Shown one piece after another: positions 36,689 through 50,244 of a stretch of DNA of 64,000 bases. The position numbers were made by a program, and so were the translations under genes. Below the pieces are notes generated by a model. The model made no database searches. It was not told the origin of the DNA and saw nothing but the letters and a program-made list of their open reading frames with translations. The first letter of the stretch is position 1. Each line of letters starts with the position of its first letter. The stretch covers positions 1,426,001 to 1,490,000 of the forward strand of contig CATNEN010000009.1 in assembly GCA_950097015.1 (NCBI GenBank), given 5' to 3'. This DNA is from Macrostomum hystrix (Eukaryota; Animalia; Platyhelminthes).

Positions 36689-39575
36689 AACACAGCTGAA
36701 CACAGTCTCCGATGCGTCACTCATTCTCCAGAAATGGTAGTCTAACACAGCTGAACACAGTCTCCGATGCGTCACTCATTCTCCAGAAATGGTAGTCTAA
36801 CACAGCTGTACACAGTCTCCGATGCGTCACTCATTCTCCAGAAATGGTAGTCTAACACAGCTGTACACAGTCTCCGATGCGTCACTCATTCTCCAGAAAT
36901 GGTAGTCTAACACAGCTGTACACAGTCTCCGATGCGTCACTCATTCTCCAGAAATGGTAGTCTAACACAGCTGTACACAGTCTCCGATGCGTCACTCATT
37001 CTCCAGAAATGGTAGTCTAACACAGCTGTACACAGTCTCTGATGCGTCACTCATTCTCCAGAAATGGTAGTCTAACACAGCTGTACACAGTCTCTGATGC
37101 GTCACTCATTCTCCAGAAATGGTAGTCTAACACAGCTGTACACAGTCTCCGATGCATCACTCATTCTCCAGAAATGGTAGTCTAACACAGCTGTACACAG
37201 TCTCCGATGCGTCACTCATTCTCCAGAAATGGTAGTCTAACACAGCTGTACACAGTCTCCGATGCATCACTCATTCTCCAGAAATGGTAGTCTAACACAG
37301 CTGTACACAGTCTCCGATGCGTCACTTATTCTCCAGAAATGGTAGTCTAACACAGCTGTACACAGTCTCCGATGCGTCACTCATTCTCCAGAAATGGTAG
37401 TCTAACACAGCTGTACACAGTCTCTGATGCGTCACTCATTCTCCAGAAATGGTAGTCTAACACAGCTGTACACAGTCTCCGATGCATCACTCATTCTCCA
37501 GAAATGGTAGTCTAACACAGCTGTACACAGTCTCCGATGCGTCACTCATTCTCCAGAAATGGTAGTCTAACACAGCTGTACACAGTCTCTGATGCGTCAC
37601 TCATTCTCCAGAAATGGTAGTCTAACACAGCTGTACACAGTCTCCGATGCGTCACTCATTCTCCAGAAATGGTAGTCTAACACAGCTGTACACAGTCTCC
37701 GATGCGTCACTCATTCTCCAGAAATGGTAGTCTAACACAGCTGTACACAGTCTCTAATGCGTCACTCATTCACCAGAAATGGTAGTCTAACACAGCTGTA
37801 CACAGTCTCCGATGCGTCACTCATTCTCCAGAAATGGTAGTCTAACACAGCTGTACACAGTCTCCGATGCATCACTCATTCTCCAGAAATGGTAGTCTAA
37901 CACAGCTGTACACAGTCTCTGATGCGTCACTCATTCTCCAGAAATGGTAGTCTAACACAGCTGTACACAGTCTCCGATGCGTCACTCATTCTCCAGAAAT
38001 GGTAGTCTAACACAGCTGTACACAGTCTCCGATGCGTCACTCATTCTCCAGAAATGGTAGTCTAACACAGCTGTACACAGTCTCCGATGCGTCACTCATT
38101 CTCCAGAAATGGTAGTCTAACACAGCTGTACACAGTCTCTGATGCGTCACTCATTCTCCAGAAATGGTAGTCTAACACAGCTGTACACAGTCTCCGATGC
38201 GTCACTCATTCTCCAGAAATGGTAGTCTAACACAGCTGTACACAGTCTCTGATGCGTCACTCATTCTCCAGAAATGGTAGTCTAACACAGCTGTACACAG
38301 TCTCTGATGCGTCACTCATTCTCCAGAAATGGTAGTCTAACACAGCTGTACACAGTCTCCGATGCGTCACTCATTCTCCAGAAATGGTAGTCTAACACAG
38401 CTGTACACAGTCTCCGATGCGTCACTCATTCTCCAGAAATGGTAGTCTAACACAGCTGTACACAGTCTCCGATGCATCACTCATTCTCCAGAAATGGTAG
38501 TCTAACACAGCTGAACACAGTCTCCGATGCGTCACTCATTCTCCAGAAATGGTAGTCTAACACAGCTGTACACAGTCTCCGATGCGTCACTCATTCTCCA
38601 GAAATGGTAGTCTAACACAGCTGTACACAGTCTCCGATGCATCACTCATTCTCCAGAAATGGTAGTCTAACACAGCTGTACACAGTCTCCGATGCGTCAC
38701 TCATTCTCCAGAAATGGTAGTCTAACACAGCTGTACACAGTCTCTGATGCGTCACTCATTCTCCAGAAATGGTAGTCTAACACAGCTGTACACAGTCTCC
38801 GATGCATCACTCATTCTCCAGAAATGGTAGTCTAACACAGCTGTACACAGTCTCTGATGCGTCACTCATTCTCCAGAAATGGTAGTCTAACACAGCTGTA
38901 CACAGTCTCCGATGCGTCACTCATTCTCCAGAAATGGTAGTCTAACACAGCTGTACACAGTCTCCGATGCGTCACTCATTCTCCAGAAATGGTAGTCTAA
39001 CACAGCTGTACACAGTCTCCGATGCATCACTCATTCTCCAGAAATGGTAGTCTAACACAGCTGTACACAGTCTCCGATGCGTCACTCATTCTCCAGAAAT
39101 GGTAGTCTAACACAGCTGAACACAGTCTCCGATGCGTCACTCATTCTCCAGAAATGGTAGTCTAACACAGCTGTACACAGTCTCCGATGCGTCACTCATT
39201 CTCCAGAAATGGTAGTCTAACACAGCTGTACACAGTCTCCGATGCATCACTCATTCTCCAGAAATGGTAGTCTAACACAGCTGTACACAGTCTCCGATGC
39301 GTCACTCATTCTCCAGAAATGGTAGTCTAACACAGCTGTACACAGTCTCTGATGCGTCACTCATTCTCCAGAAATGGTAGTCTAACACAGCTGTACACAG
39401 TCTCTGATGCGTCACTCATTCTCCAGAAATGGTAGTCTAACACAGCTGTACACAGTCTCCGATGCGTCACTCATTCTCCAGAAATGGTAGTCTAACACAG
39501 CTGTACACAGTCTCCGATGCGTCACTCATTCTCCAGAAATGGTAGTCTAACACAGCTGTACACAGTCTCCGATGC
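36689..39575. repeat. 55-bp minisatellite, ~52 highly homogeneous copies
   Basis: Unit CTCCAGAAATGGTAGTCTAACACAGCTGTACACAGTCTCCGATGCGTCACTCATT. Confidence 0.97.
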
Positions 39576-40399
39576 GCCGCCTATCATTCAGTAATGGGTT
39601 GCAGTTGTTACTTGCGTAGAAATCATTCCTGAAATGAGTCATTGCTGAGCAGTAAAATCTCGGCAGTCTAGTAAATGATAAGCGATCCATTCGTACTAAT
39701 CAGCTCATCAGCCTTGCGAGCCTGACGGGACCCGCTCGGGTATCTGTAGGGATCGATGCCTGCGGATGAGGTCAGGCGTGCTGGGTGGGATCAAAGAGAT
39801 GGCATATCCGTGACACAAAGCTCTCCTTTAGCCAGGAGTTTCTGCAGCCTGAACTGAGTGGAAACACGCGCGCTCGATTTCGCATCGCGCGCAACATTTC
39901 CCGGGATTCGGACAGAGCGCTTAACACTACTACTCAGTAGCGAGTTCGAATAAATTTTGCGGAATTTGTGAAATCTCTCGAGATAGCATTTGCACTTTAG
40001 GCTTGAAGCACGGAGGTCAAAGTGAATCAACAAAATATACTCGCAATTAAGCTTGCTTTTCTATTGAATCCCAAATGTGAACACAAAACATTTTATACTG
40101 AAGTACAACTATAATTCAGTGTGCCAGCCAACGGCTTTTCGAGTCAAATTACGCTAGTAAATGATTCAGAAAACATCTGAAAAATCTGGAGTCAGTATTT
40201 AAAACTGCGATCACCAATACTGGTAAACGGCATTGTTGTAAACTAAAATTACCTTCACCGAAAACTTGTTTAAAGTTAACGTCCTTTTACAGACTTACCA
40301 ATATTTTCCTGATGAATTCCTAATTATTAAAAAAATTATCAATCTCAGTAATTGATTACACAATCGGGTCAATTGTGCAGCCGACAGCACAGCCGCAGC

Positions 40400-40624
40400 T
40401 CTTGCGCGGCGCATCTGAAAGTTCAGTCCATGGACTGGGGGACGCCACACCCACCCTGTATTACCCCTGCTAATGCTTGTACCCATTTAACAGCTGCGTG
40501 AGCTGAACCACTGCGCAGAGTTAAGTTTCTCGCTAAAGGATACAAATTGTTCCAGTGGAGTCGAAAATCGAACCTCCGACATTCAAGCCGTGAGTCCGAT
40601 GCTCAAACCAGTAGGCTACAACCC
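40400..40624 (-). mobile_element. tRNA-derived CORE/MIR-like SINE (family B)
   Basis: Minus strand: A box TAGCCTACTGG (40618-40608), B box GGTTCGATT (40574-40566), then GTATCCTTTAGCGAGAAACTTAACTCT...CAGCTGTTAAATGGG, resembling the CORE domain (GTGACCTTGGGCAAGTTACTTAACCTCT...CATCTGTAAAATGGG, recalled from memory). Confidence 0.6.
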
Positions 40625-40859
40625 AGAGTCCTATTCCTATTCATTCCTAATCATATTATAAGTTCTATGAAGAGCAACATCACCACTACTACCATCACCC
40701 AGTTCACACACTCTTGTTAGTGTTATATGGTGCAGCTCTGATGTTGGCTAACACCAAACTGCTGAATAGTGAAGTCCTGCTGCATCATTCCTCCCAACAG
40801 ATTGTTCTCTGCTTCGGCAAGTCAGCAGCGGCAGCGCCACAAGCTTACTGATAATTAAG

Positions 40860-41840
40860 CCTACAGATGATGGCCAATGCGACATCCTGAGACTGACCAG
40901 AGAGCGCAGGACCCTGAGACAGATGATGGCCCATGCGACATCCTGAGACTGACCAGAGAGCGCAGGACCCCGAGCAGCCTACAGATGATGGCCCATGCGA
41001 CATCCTGAGACTGACCAGAGAGCGCAGGACCCCGAGACAGATGATGGCCCATGCGACATCCTGAGACTGACCAGAGAGCGCAGGACCCCGAGACAGATGA
41101 TGGCCCATGCGACATCCTGAGACTGACCAGAGAGCGCTGGACCCCGAGCAGCCTACAGATGATGGCCCATGCGACATCCTGAGACTGACCAGAGAGCGCA
41201 GGACCCCGAGACAGATGATGGCCCATGCGACATCCTGAGACTGACCAGAGAGCGCAGGACCCCGAGACAGATGATGGCCCATGCGACATCCTGAGACTGA
41301 CCAGAGAGCGCAGGACCCCGAGACAGATGATGGCCCATGCGACATCCTGAGACTGACCAGAGAGCGCAGGACCCCGAGACAGATGATGGCCCATGCGACA
41401 TCCTGAGACTGACCAGAGAGCGCAGGACCCCGAGACAGATGATGGCCCATGCGACATCCTGAGACTGACCAGAGAGCGCTGGACCCCGAGCAGCCTACAG
41501 ATGATGGCCCATGCGACATCCTGAGACTGACCAGAGAGCGCAGGACCCCGAGACAGATGATGGCCCATGCGACATCCTGAGACTGACCAGAGAGCGCAGG
41601 ACCCCGAGACAGATGATGGCCCATGCGACATCCTGAGACTGACCAGAGAGCGCAGGACCCCGAGACAGATGATGGCCCATGCGACATCCTGAGACTGACC
41701 AGAGAGCGCTGGACCCCGAGCAGCCTACAGATGATGGCCCATGCGACATCCTGAGACTGACCAGAGAGCGCAGGACCCCGAGACAGATGATGACCCATGC
41801 GACATCCTGAGACTGACCAGAGAGCGCAGGACCCCGAGCA
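40860..41840. repeat. 56/62-bp minisatellite, ~17 copies
   Basis: Unit GAGACAGATGATGGCCCATGCGACATCCTGAGACTGACCAGAGAGCGCAGGACCCC; variant with GCAGCCTACAG. Confidence 0.95.
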
Positions 41841-42264
41841 GTGCTGGTTGAGCGCGTTGCAATGTCTCGATGTTGCCACAGAAGCTCGGCTGATGGCACT
41901 GAGCGAATCTCGAAACTCACGACGCGTCTGGCTCTCCGAGCTCGAGTCGGACAGGTGGCGTTTTGGGCTTGCAACTCGATTGTCCTTGAAGAATTTTGAA
42001 CAGCCTTAGTGTTCTCAGAGAGATTCACAGCGGTTCTCCATGCTTTTTCGACAAAGCGCTGAAGTCTGTCATGGTTTCCGGCCATTGCAGAATCTCGCGG
42101 CGGTCCCAACTTGCTTGGATCTAAAGCGGATCTTTGGTCACTGTTACTAGGTCTTATAGGGGATTATACTTCTTAGAAAATGTGCTTGAGTGCTGATACT
42201 GTACTTTCATGAAGGATTGCATGACTTGTCGAAAGGGCCTTGCCATGCCATGCCTTGCCTTCCC

Positions 42265-42622
42265 AGACCAGACCAGACCAGACCAGACCAGACCAGACCA
42301 GACCAGACCAGACCAGACCAAGACCAGACCAGACCAGACCAGACCAGACCAGACCAGACCAGACCAGACCAAGACCAGACCAGACCAGACCAGACCAGAC
42401 CAGACCAGACCAGACCAGGCCAGACCAGGCCAGACCAGACCAGGCCAGACCAGACCAGACCAGACCAGGCCAGACCAGACCAGACCAGACCAGACCAGAC
42501 CAGACCAGACCAGACCAGACCAGACCAGACCAGACCAGACCAGACCAGACCAGACCAGACCAGACCAGGCCAGACCAGACCAGACCAGGCCAGACCAGAC
42601 CAGACCAGGCCAGACCAGGCCA
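42265..42622. repeat. (CCAGA)n pentanucleotide microsatellite
   Basis: About 70 units with occasional CCAGG. Confidence 0.97.
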
Positions 42623-43189
42623 GAAAAAGTTTGCCGAATTCAAAAGTACAACCACAACATTACCACACAACTCGATCGATACGTCTTTGAAGCCACCTGG
42701 AATTTTCCCTGCCAATTACTATGTGGATTTCATTGCGGAGTCCCAGGTGAGGATTTTCTCCGCTTCGATTTAGCCGCGCCGGACAAGTCCACAGCTGAAG
42801 GCTCCTCACCCAGAAGATCCCCACATAGTCGGGTGGCGAAATCCCCAGAGCCAAGATCTGTTTGGACACGGCCGGCATCCAGAAGCAAATAATCCCCAAT
42901 CAATAAATGCCACTTCCTCTAACTTGCCTTCCCCCGCAGAGGGACACTCTCCCCAATACAGGAAATGGAAGTGAGCACAGCCTTGGGAACGTCCTGACTC
43001 CTTCCTGATCACGGCAGGAAAAACAGCGGCTGATCCCTGTGGGATTTCGGAAACTCATATACATTCACTTTAATTAGTCTTCCTCTGAGTTTTCTTCCTT
43101 CAATTTTTTTTCTATGCATTTTCTTAAACGAGACACATTGAATGAGCGATTGTGCGAGTCAATTTGTAGATTTATTCGAAGAATAGGGA

Positions 43190-43700
43190 AGCTGTTGGTC
43201 TCCAGGGGAAGCTGAGAGGTCTCTAGGGGAAGCTGAGAGGTCTCTAGGGGAAGTCGTGAGGTCTCTAGGGGAAGCTGTAGATCCCTATGGGAAGCTGTAG
43301 ATCTCTATGGGAAGCTGCAGGTCTCACAAAAAAGTTGTGTGGTCTCTATGGGAAGCTTCGGGTCTCTAGGGGAAGTTGTGTGGTCTCTATGGGAAGCTGC
43401 AGGTCTCTAGGGGGAAGTTGTGTGGTCTCTATGGGAAGCTTCGGGTCTCTAGGGGAAGTTGTGTGGTCTCTATGGGAAGTTGTGAGGTCTCTAGGGGGAA
43501 GTTGTGTGGTCTCTATGGGAAGCTTCGGGTCTCTAGGGGAAGTTGTGTGGTCTCTATGGGAAGCTACAGGTCTCCAGGGGAAGCTGAGAGGTCTCTAGGG
43601 GAAGTTGGGAGGACTCTATGGGAAGCTGCGAGGTCTCTAGGGAAATTTTAGGTCTTTAGGGCAATGTGGGGTTTCTAGGGAAATTGTGAGGTCTTTAAGG
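43190..43700. repeat. Degenerate GGTCTCTAGGGGAAGYTG repeat array
   Basis: Recurring GTCTCTA(G/T)GGGAAG motif, decaying rightwards into TTTCTAGGAAA. Confidence 0.85.
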
Positions 43701-44559
43701 TTAGCTGTCTGTTTTTTGGGGAAGAAGTAGCATTGTTTAGTTTCTAGGAAAGAATGTGTCTTGGGAAAGAATTAACTTCTTGAAAAAACATCAAGATTTT
43801 CTTAAAAAGAGATTCATTTTTTGAAAGAGGTAGTGTTTCTCAGAAGCAAAAAAGTTTCTAGGAAAAATGCTGATTTCTAGGAGGGAGTCGGGTTTCTAGA
43901 AAAAGCACAATTTTTAAAGATGTAAGATGTGGGTTTCTACGTAGAGCACTAAAAGTACATATGACTAAGCGGACAAGCTCTTCTCTTATTTTTGCCTGAC
44001 TGCGGCCGGACCCTTAGCATCAGTAAATTAGCATACAGAAGAATGCACTTATTACACAATACCACTCACTATAGATCGATATCTGGGGCGCATTGCACAT
44101 CGATCAACCTGTGCTGATTGACCATTGCTGACCTGACGGGCCGCATCCTGTCGCTGAGATTACAAAGATCGGGAGAATGGGGTTGTGAGAGCATTGTGCA
44201 CGCCCGCAGTGAATTGTTCTGATCAGTGTTGTTAGTGCTTAGCTGCAGCTTTTGAGGACTACAGATATTATTCGAGGATGTGATCAGTAACATGCGCCGG
44301 GGCTTATCATGTTTTTTAAATCCAGCAGATCTTCAGAAATATATATAACAATATAATGGAATCCCTAGTTGACGGTTGAGACTTAAATTTGTGCCTCAGA
44401 GAACGTCATTCGTGTCCCCTAGGCACAGTGCCCTTGCTTGACTAATTTGCACTGCAGCTCGGCAACTGCAACGTCTGTCTACAGAATACAGAGCCTGTCT
44501 ACAGACTTTCGTTCTAAAATTAGAAACTTCCGCAGTTTGGGTCTCCAAATCTGTGTGTG

Positions 44560-45835
44560 TAGGCTTTGGGCACATGTACATTGATTCCGAAAGTTGCAAC
44601 CTTGGGGGTGATAGTTTATCATAGAAAATTCTTTCCCCCTTAGACCTGTGCTCTATGTGTAGGCTTTGCGCACATGTACATTGATTCCGAAAGTTGCAAC
44701 CTTGGGGGTGATAGTTTATAATAGAAAATTCTTTCCCCCTTAGACCTGTGCTCTATGTGTAGGCTTTGCGCACATGTACATTGATTCCGAAAGTTGCAAC
44801 CTTGGGGGTGATAGTTTATAATAGAAAATTCTTTCCCCCTTAGACCTGTGCTCTATGTGTAGGCTTTGCGCACATGTACATTGATTCCGAAAGTTGCAAC
44901 CTTGGGGGTGATAGTTTATAATAGAAAATTCTTTCCCCCTTAGACCTGTGCTCTATGTGTAGGCTTTGCGCACATGTACATTGATTCCGAAAGTTGCAAC
45001 CTTGGGGGTGATAGTTTATAATAGAAAATTCTTTCCCCCTTAGACCTGTGCTCTATGTGTAGGCTTTGCGCACATGTACATTGATTCCGAAAGTTGCAAC
45101 CTTGGGGGTGATAGTTTATAATAGAAAATTCTTTCCCCCTTAGACCTGTGCTCTATGTGTAGGCTTTGCGCACATGTACATTGATTCCGAAAGTTGCAAC
45201 CTTGGGGGTGCTAGTTTATAATAGAAAATTCTTTCCCCCTTAGACCTATGCTCTGTGTGTAGGCTTTGCGCACATGTACATTGATTCCGACAGTTGCGAT
45301 CTTGAAAGTTCTCTCCCCCTCGGACCTCCGCTATCCTCCATATGTAGGCTTTTGGCTCGTGTACATAGATTCCGACAGGGAACGACCTTGGGGGCGCTTG
45401 TTTATAATAGAAAGTTTTTTCCCCCTTAGACCTATCCTCTATGTGTAGGCTTTGCGCACATGTACATTGATTCCGAAAGTTGCGACCTTGAAAGTTCTCT
45501 CCCCCTCGGACCTCCGCTATCCTCCATATGTAGGCTTTTGGCTCGTGTACATAGATTCCGACAGGGAACGACCTTGGGGGCGCTTGTTTATAATAGAAAG
45601 TTTTTTCCCCCTTAGACCTATCCTCTATGTGTAGGCTTTGCGCACATGTACATTGATTCCGAAAGTTGCGACCTTGAAAGTTCTCTCCCCCTTGGACCTC
45701 CTCGATCCTCCATCTATAGGCTTTGGGCAAGTACATTCATTCCGAGAGTTGCGACCTTGGGGCGCTTGTTTATAATATAAAGTTCTCTCCCCCTTAGACC
45801 TTAACCTCCATATCTAGGCTTTGGGCTGATGTACA
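44560..45835. repeat. Compound satellite: ~7 x 100-bp units followed by ~3 x 186-bp dimeric units
   Basis: AAGTTGCAAC recurs at 44591, 44691 ... 45191 (period 100); related 186-bp units from ~45266. Confidence 0.93.
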
Positions 45836-46554
45836 TTCTAGCACTTTTAATTCTAGAAGCTGTTATCTTTGTTTGTCTTGCAAAAGCAAAAAGTTACAAG
45901 TTTTAATTTTTTCGAGTTCATAAGATCGCTAATTCTAGTAAAAATAACAAGTCGTTAATTAGATCCTCTTTTGTTCCTACCTTGTGCTGATTTTTTCTGC
46001 GTACATATGTTGCGTACAATTGTGCCTATGGAGAAGCTAAAAATAGCAGCCAATAAAAAGGAAGCGACGATTTTGCGCCTAAAATTTTGTTAGGCTAGTC
46101 CCACAGAGACCACAGTGCTAATGGCTCGTTCAGCCAAAACACAAAAAATGACTTCCTCAATAATTGGGATGGTAAACGAGAGTTGCAACTGCAAGTCAGT
46201 TCCACGATTCTCAGTCTCAGCTAGCTAATTCTTCGGGACGAATCGAATGGCATTGGATTTCTCATCAGCGGACAGGAGAAACCTAGATTTGCTCCATAAG
46301 AAATAAAAAATATCGACTCAAGATTGGCCTGGATTCAGAATGCCTGACTGCTAATTGCCATCCCCACCTGCTAATAAGGCAGCGACCCAAGGGACTCAAA
46401 GGACACAGAGCACTTTGGGGAATACAGCCGTGATAAAGGATGCTTAAATCCTATGACTCCTGCCTTTAAATGAGACAGATAAGGAATGACAGGCCATTGT
46501 TTCGTAGAAACTGACAAGTTCCAAGAAATGCTGTGACGTTTCTATAAGAAAGTC

Positions 46555-46840
46555 TAAAAGTTTCTAGGGAAGCTGTGGGGTTTCTAGGAAAGCTTAAGGG
46601 TTTCTAGGAAAGCTTATGGGTTTCTAGGAAAGCTTAGGGGTTTCTAGGAAAGCTTAGGGGTTTCTTGGAAAGCTGTGCACGTGGGGTTTCTAGGAAAGCT
46701 GTGGGGTTTCTAAGAAAGTTGTGAGGTTTCTCGGAAAGCTGTGGGGTTTCTAGGAAAGATATTGGGTTTCTTGGTAAGTTATTTTGTTTCTAGGGAAGAT
46801 GTGGAGTAATTAGGGTAGCTGTGGGGTTTCTATAGAAGTG
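46555..46840. repeat. ~20-bp degenerate array (GGGGTTTCTAGGAAAGCTGT)
   Basis: Direct periodicity; related to the 43190-43930 repeats. Confidence 0.85.
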
Positions 46841-47329
46841 GGATTTCTAAAAAAGCTGTCCATTTCGAAGAAAATTTCAAGGAATTGACGGCTTGCTGTA
46901 AAGTTTCTCAAGAAGCAGATTTTGCGCGCAGCCTGCATGTGTCTGAGCCCTTGCACTTTTGTGAGTTTCTTGCATGACATGGCAGTCACAATTAGCTGTC
47001 CCGACTCCATATTCATCTGCTAAGTCTGTCGAACTAACTAGCTGCATTTTCCAGCTGCAACTCAGGCACCGTCAATTTTGTTTGCCCAGTGCCCGCCAGA
47101 GCTGCGGAGTCACGCTGTTCAAACGAAAACCTTCCAACATCCCGATTCAATCCTGCAGGCCACCCAAATTTATTTTACCAGTGCCGCGAATTTTTCTTAT
47201 TATTAAATTTCCCATATCGGGATCGCGCTGGTCTGGCCCCGATGACAGCTTGTCAATCGAGTCCTCCTAGACCTAGATGTCCTGTTTCCTAGAAAGGCCA
47301 CTTTAGCTTTGGCCGTCACTCATCCCTGT

Positions 47330-47840
47330 TTCTGAGGCCCTGCACTGAAACTGGCTCTAGAAACTCACTCATCCCTGTTTCTGAGGCCCTGCTGAAACTG
47401 GCTCTAGAAACTCACTCATCCCTGTTTCTGAGGCCCTTCTGAAACCGCGAGACAGCGAAACTCACTCATCCCTGTTTCTGAGGCCCTTCTGAAACTGGCC
47501 CTAGAAACTCTCATCCCTGTTTCTGAGGCTGAAACTGGCTCTAGAAACTCACTCATCCCTGTTTCTGAGGCCCTGCTGAAACTGGCCCTAGAAACTCACT
47601 CATCCCTGCTTCTGAGGCCCTGCTGAAACTGGCCCTAGAAACTCACTCATCCCTGTTTCTGAGGCTCTGCTGAAACTGGCCCTAGAAACTCTCATCCCTG
47701 TTTCTGAGGCTCTGCTGAAACTGGCCCTAGAAACTCACTCATCCCTGTTTCTGAGGCCCTGCTGAAACTGGCCCTAGAAACTCACTCATCCCTGTTTCTG
47801 AGGCTCTGCTGAAACTGGCCCTAGAAACTCTCATCCCTGT
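47330..47840. repeat. ~47-bp minisatellite (GAAACTCACTCATCCCTGTTTCTGAGGCCCTGCTGAAACTGGCCCTA), ~11 copies
   Basis: Direct periodicity. Confidence 0.93.
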
Positions 47841-48344
47841 TTGTCCTGGAAACAGGCTCCCCATAAATGTGGCGCTCAGTCGCACTGTCTGTTAGGCTCC
47901 AGCCTTCCTTTCTCATCGATCCGACAGTCGGCCCAACTAGGCTTGCAAATTTTCGTCACCCACCCACGCCAGGTGCGCCTGAATTGTCTCCTACTAGCAG
48001 CAGGAAAAAGAAGAAGCAGAAAAAGATGGACTAGAGAAGCTCGGCAGGGGGAGGGGGCAGAGGAGACAGCGGGAATGAGCTTGGAGTGGGCTGGGGAGAT
48101 GAGCACAGTTTGAGTACTATAACCAGCAGTTGCCCAAACTGACGCGCCGCCTGCGATGGAAATGAGAATTAATTGGGGTCCAAATATTCTCTCCGGCAAG
48201 TGCCCGCTGGTTGGGGCCATCGGGAAGAATGAGGCACTGAGGCAAGGAGAGAAAAGTTTTTGCTTTTTTCCTGCTCCAGCAGAGAGTGAAGCAACTGAGT
48301 TTGAGGAGGTATTTGTGGCCTGGTGTCTTGCAGGACACCAATAG

Positions 48345-49805
48345 ACAGTGAGGAATAGACAGTGAGGAATAGACAGTGAGGAATAGACAGTGAGGAATAG
48401 ACAGTGAGGAACAGACAGTGAGAAACAGACAGTGAGAAACAGACAGTGAGGAACAGACAGTGAGGAATAGACAGTGAGGAACAGAAAGTGAGGATTAGAC
48501 AGTGAGGAATAGAAAGTGAGGAACAGACAGTGAGGAATAGACAGTGAGGAATAGACAGTGAGGAATAGACAGTGAGGAATAGACAGTGAGGAATAGACAG
48601 TGAGGAATAGACAGTGAGGAATAGACAGTGAGGAACAGACAGTGAGGAACAGACAGTGAGGAATAGACAGTGAGGAACAGACAGTGAGGAATAGACAGTG
48701 AGGAACAGACAGTGAGGAATAGACAGTGAGGAACAGACAGTGAGGAACAGACAGTGAGAAACAGACAGTGAGGAACAGACAGTGAGGAATAGAAAGTGAG
48801 GAACAGAAAGTGAGGATTAGACAGTGAGGAATAGAAAGTGAGGAACAGAAAGTAAGGAATAGACAGTGAGGAATAGACAGTGAGGAATAGACAGTGAGGA
48901 ATAGACAGTGAGGAACAGACAGTGAGGAATAGACAGTGAGGAATAGACAGTGAGGAACAGACAGTGAGGAACAGAAAGTGAGAAACAGACAGTGAGGAAC
49001 AGACAGTGAGGAATAGACAGTGAGGAACAGAAAGTAAGGATTAGACAGTGAGGAATAGACAGTGAGGAACAGAAAGTGAGGATTAGACAGTGAGGAATAG
49101 AAAGTGAGGAACAGAAAGTAAGGAATAGACAGTGAGGAATAGACAGTGAGGAATAGACAGTGAGGAATAGACAGTGAGGAACAGACAGTGAGGAATAGAC
49201 AGTGAGGAATAGACAGTGAGGAATAGACAGTGAGGAACAGACAGTGAGGAACAGACAGTGAGAAACAGACAGTGAGGAACAGACAGTGAGGAATAGACAG
49301 TGAGGAACAGAAAGTGAGGATTAGACAGTGAGGAATAGAAAGTGAGGAACAGACAGTGAGGAATAGACAGTGAGGAATAGACAGTGAGGAATAGACAGTG
49401 AGGAATAGACAGTGAGGAATAGACAGTGAGGAATAGACAGTGAGGAATAGACAGTGAGGAATAGACAGTGAGGAATAGACAGTGAGGAATAGACAGTGAG
49501 GAATAGACAGTGAGGAATAGACAGTGAGGAACAGACAGTGAGGAATAGACAGTGAGGAACAGACAGTGAGGAATAGAAAGTGAGGAATAGACAGTGAGGA
49601 ATAGACAGTGAGGAATAGACAGTGAGGAATAGACAGTGAGGAATAGACAGTGAGGAATAGACAGTGAGGAATAGACAGTGAGGAACAGACAGTGAGGAAT
49701 AGACAGTGAGGAATAGACAGTGAGGAATAGACAGTGAGGAATAGACAGTGAGGAATAGACAGTGAGGAATAGACAGTGAGGAATAGACAGTGAGGAATAG
49801 ACAGA
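48345..49805. repeat. 14-bp minisatellite (GACAGTGAGGAATA), ~104 copies
   Basis: Direct periodicity; source of the spurious 683-aa ORF. Confidence 0.97.
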
Positions 49806-50244
49806 AATATACTCGCAAATGAAAGAGAGAATCGAGGGTAAGGGAATCGACAGTATTTTACCCATAGACACATTGTTTGGAATAATCTAGTCAGTATGGG
49901 AATAGACATTATCGCATGTGCAAACACAAGACTATTCCCCGACTGTAGCGTGAATGATACATAATAGTTTGTCCTCTTGAAATTTTGTCGAACGGTTTTG
50001 AAGGCTGACAGTTCGGATGCTTCCAGCAGTTAATTGGCGCAATTAAATTCTGGAGCACTTGAAGAGAATATTTGGCCAGTATGAGCTCTGATGATGAGCT
50101 CTGGTGTGACACGCGAGCTTCACATTTTGATAGCTGCAGCCGCAACTTCGGGTGGAGTTTGAGAAATTTTTCCAAACCATTACATTTTTAGTGCTCCTAA
50201 AGATTTTGAGTGCAAAATATTGGTTTTGAAATAGAAAGGGAGTT

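Noticed and set aside
40564-40624. tRNA gene (also 13594-13660)
   Set aside because: A and B boxes are present but there is no complete cloverleaf or acceptor stem, and both continue into SINE bodies.
41840-42109. Small minus-strand ORF MAGNHDRLQRF... running into the 56-bp array
   Set aside because: No homology recognised, and its length is inflated by the repeat; it cannot be supported without expression data.
44069-44293. PHSPDL resembling the mariner/Tc1 YSPDL motif
   Set aside because: Spacing to any upstream D(N)A motif is wrong and no other transposase features are present.
45140-45736. 198-aa protein-looking repeat ORF
   Set aside because: The 186-bp unit is a multiple of 3, so one stop-free unit propagates; the adjacent 100-bp units break the frame.
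47876-49927. 683-aa ORF and other long ORFs over arrays (3384-4270, 5146-5403, 15677-16378, 17087-18668, 21629-22324, 30431-31368, 40845-41879, 42173-42892, 52477-53146)
   Set aside because: They are translations of stop-free repeat units, usually open in several frames or on both strands, with no protein-like unique content.
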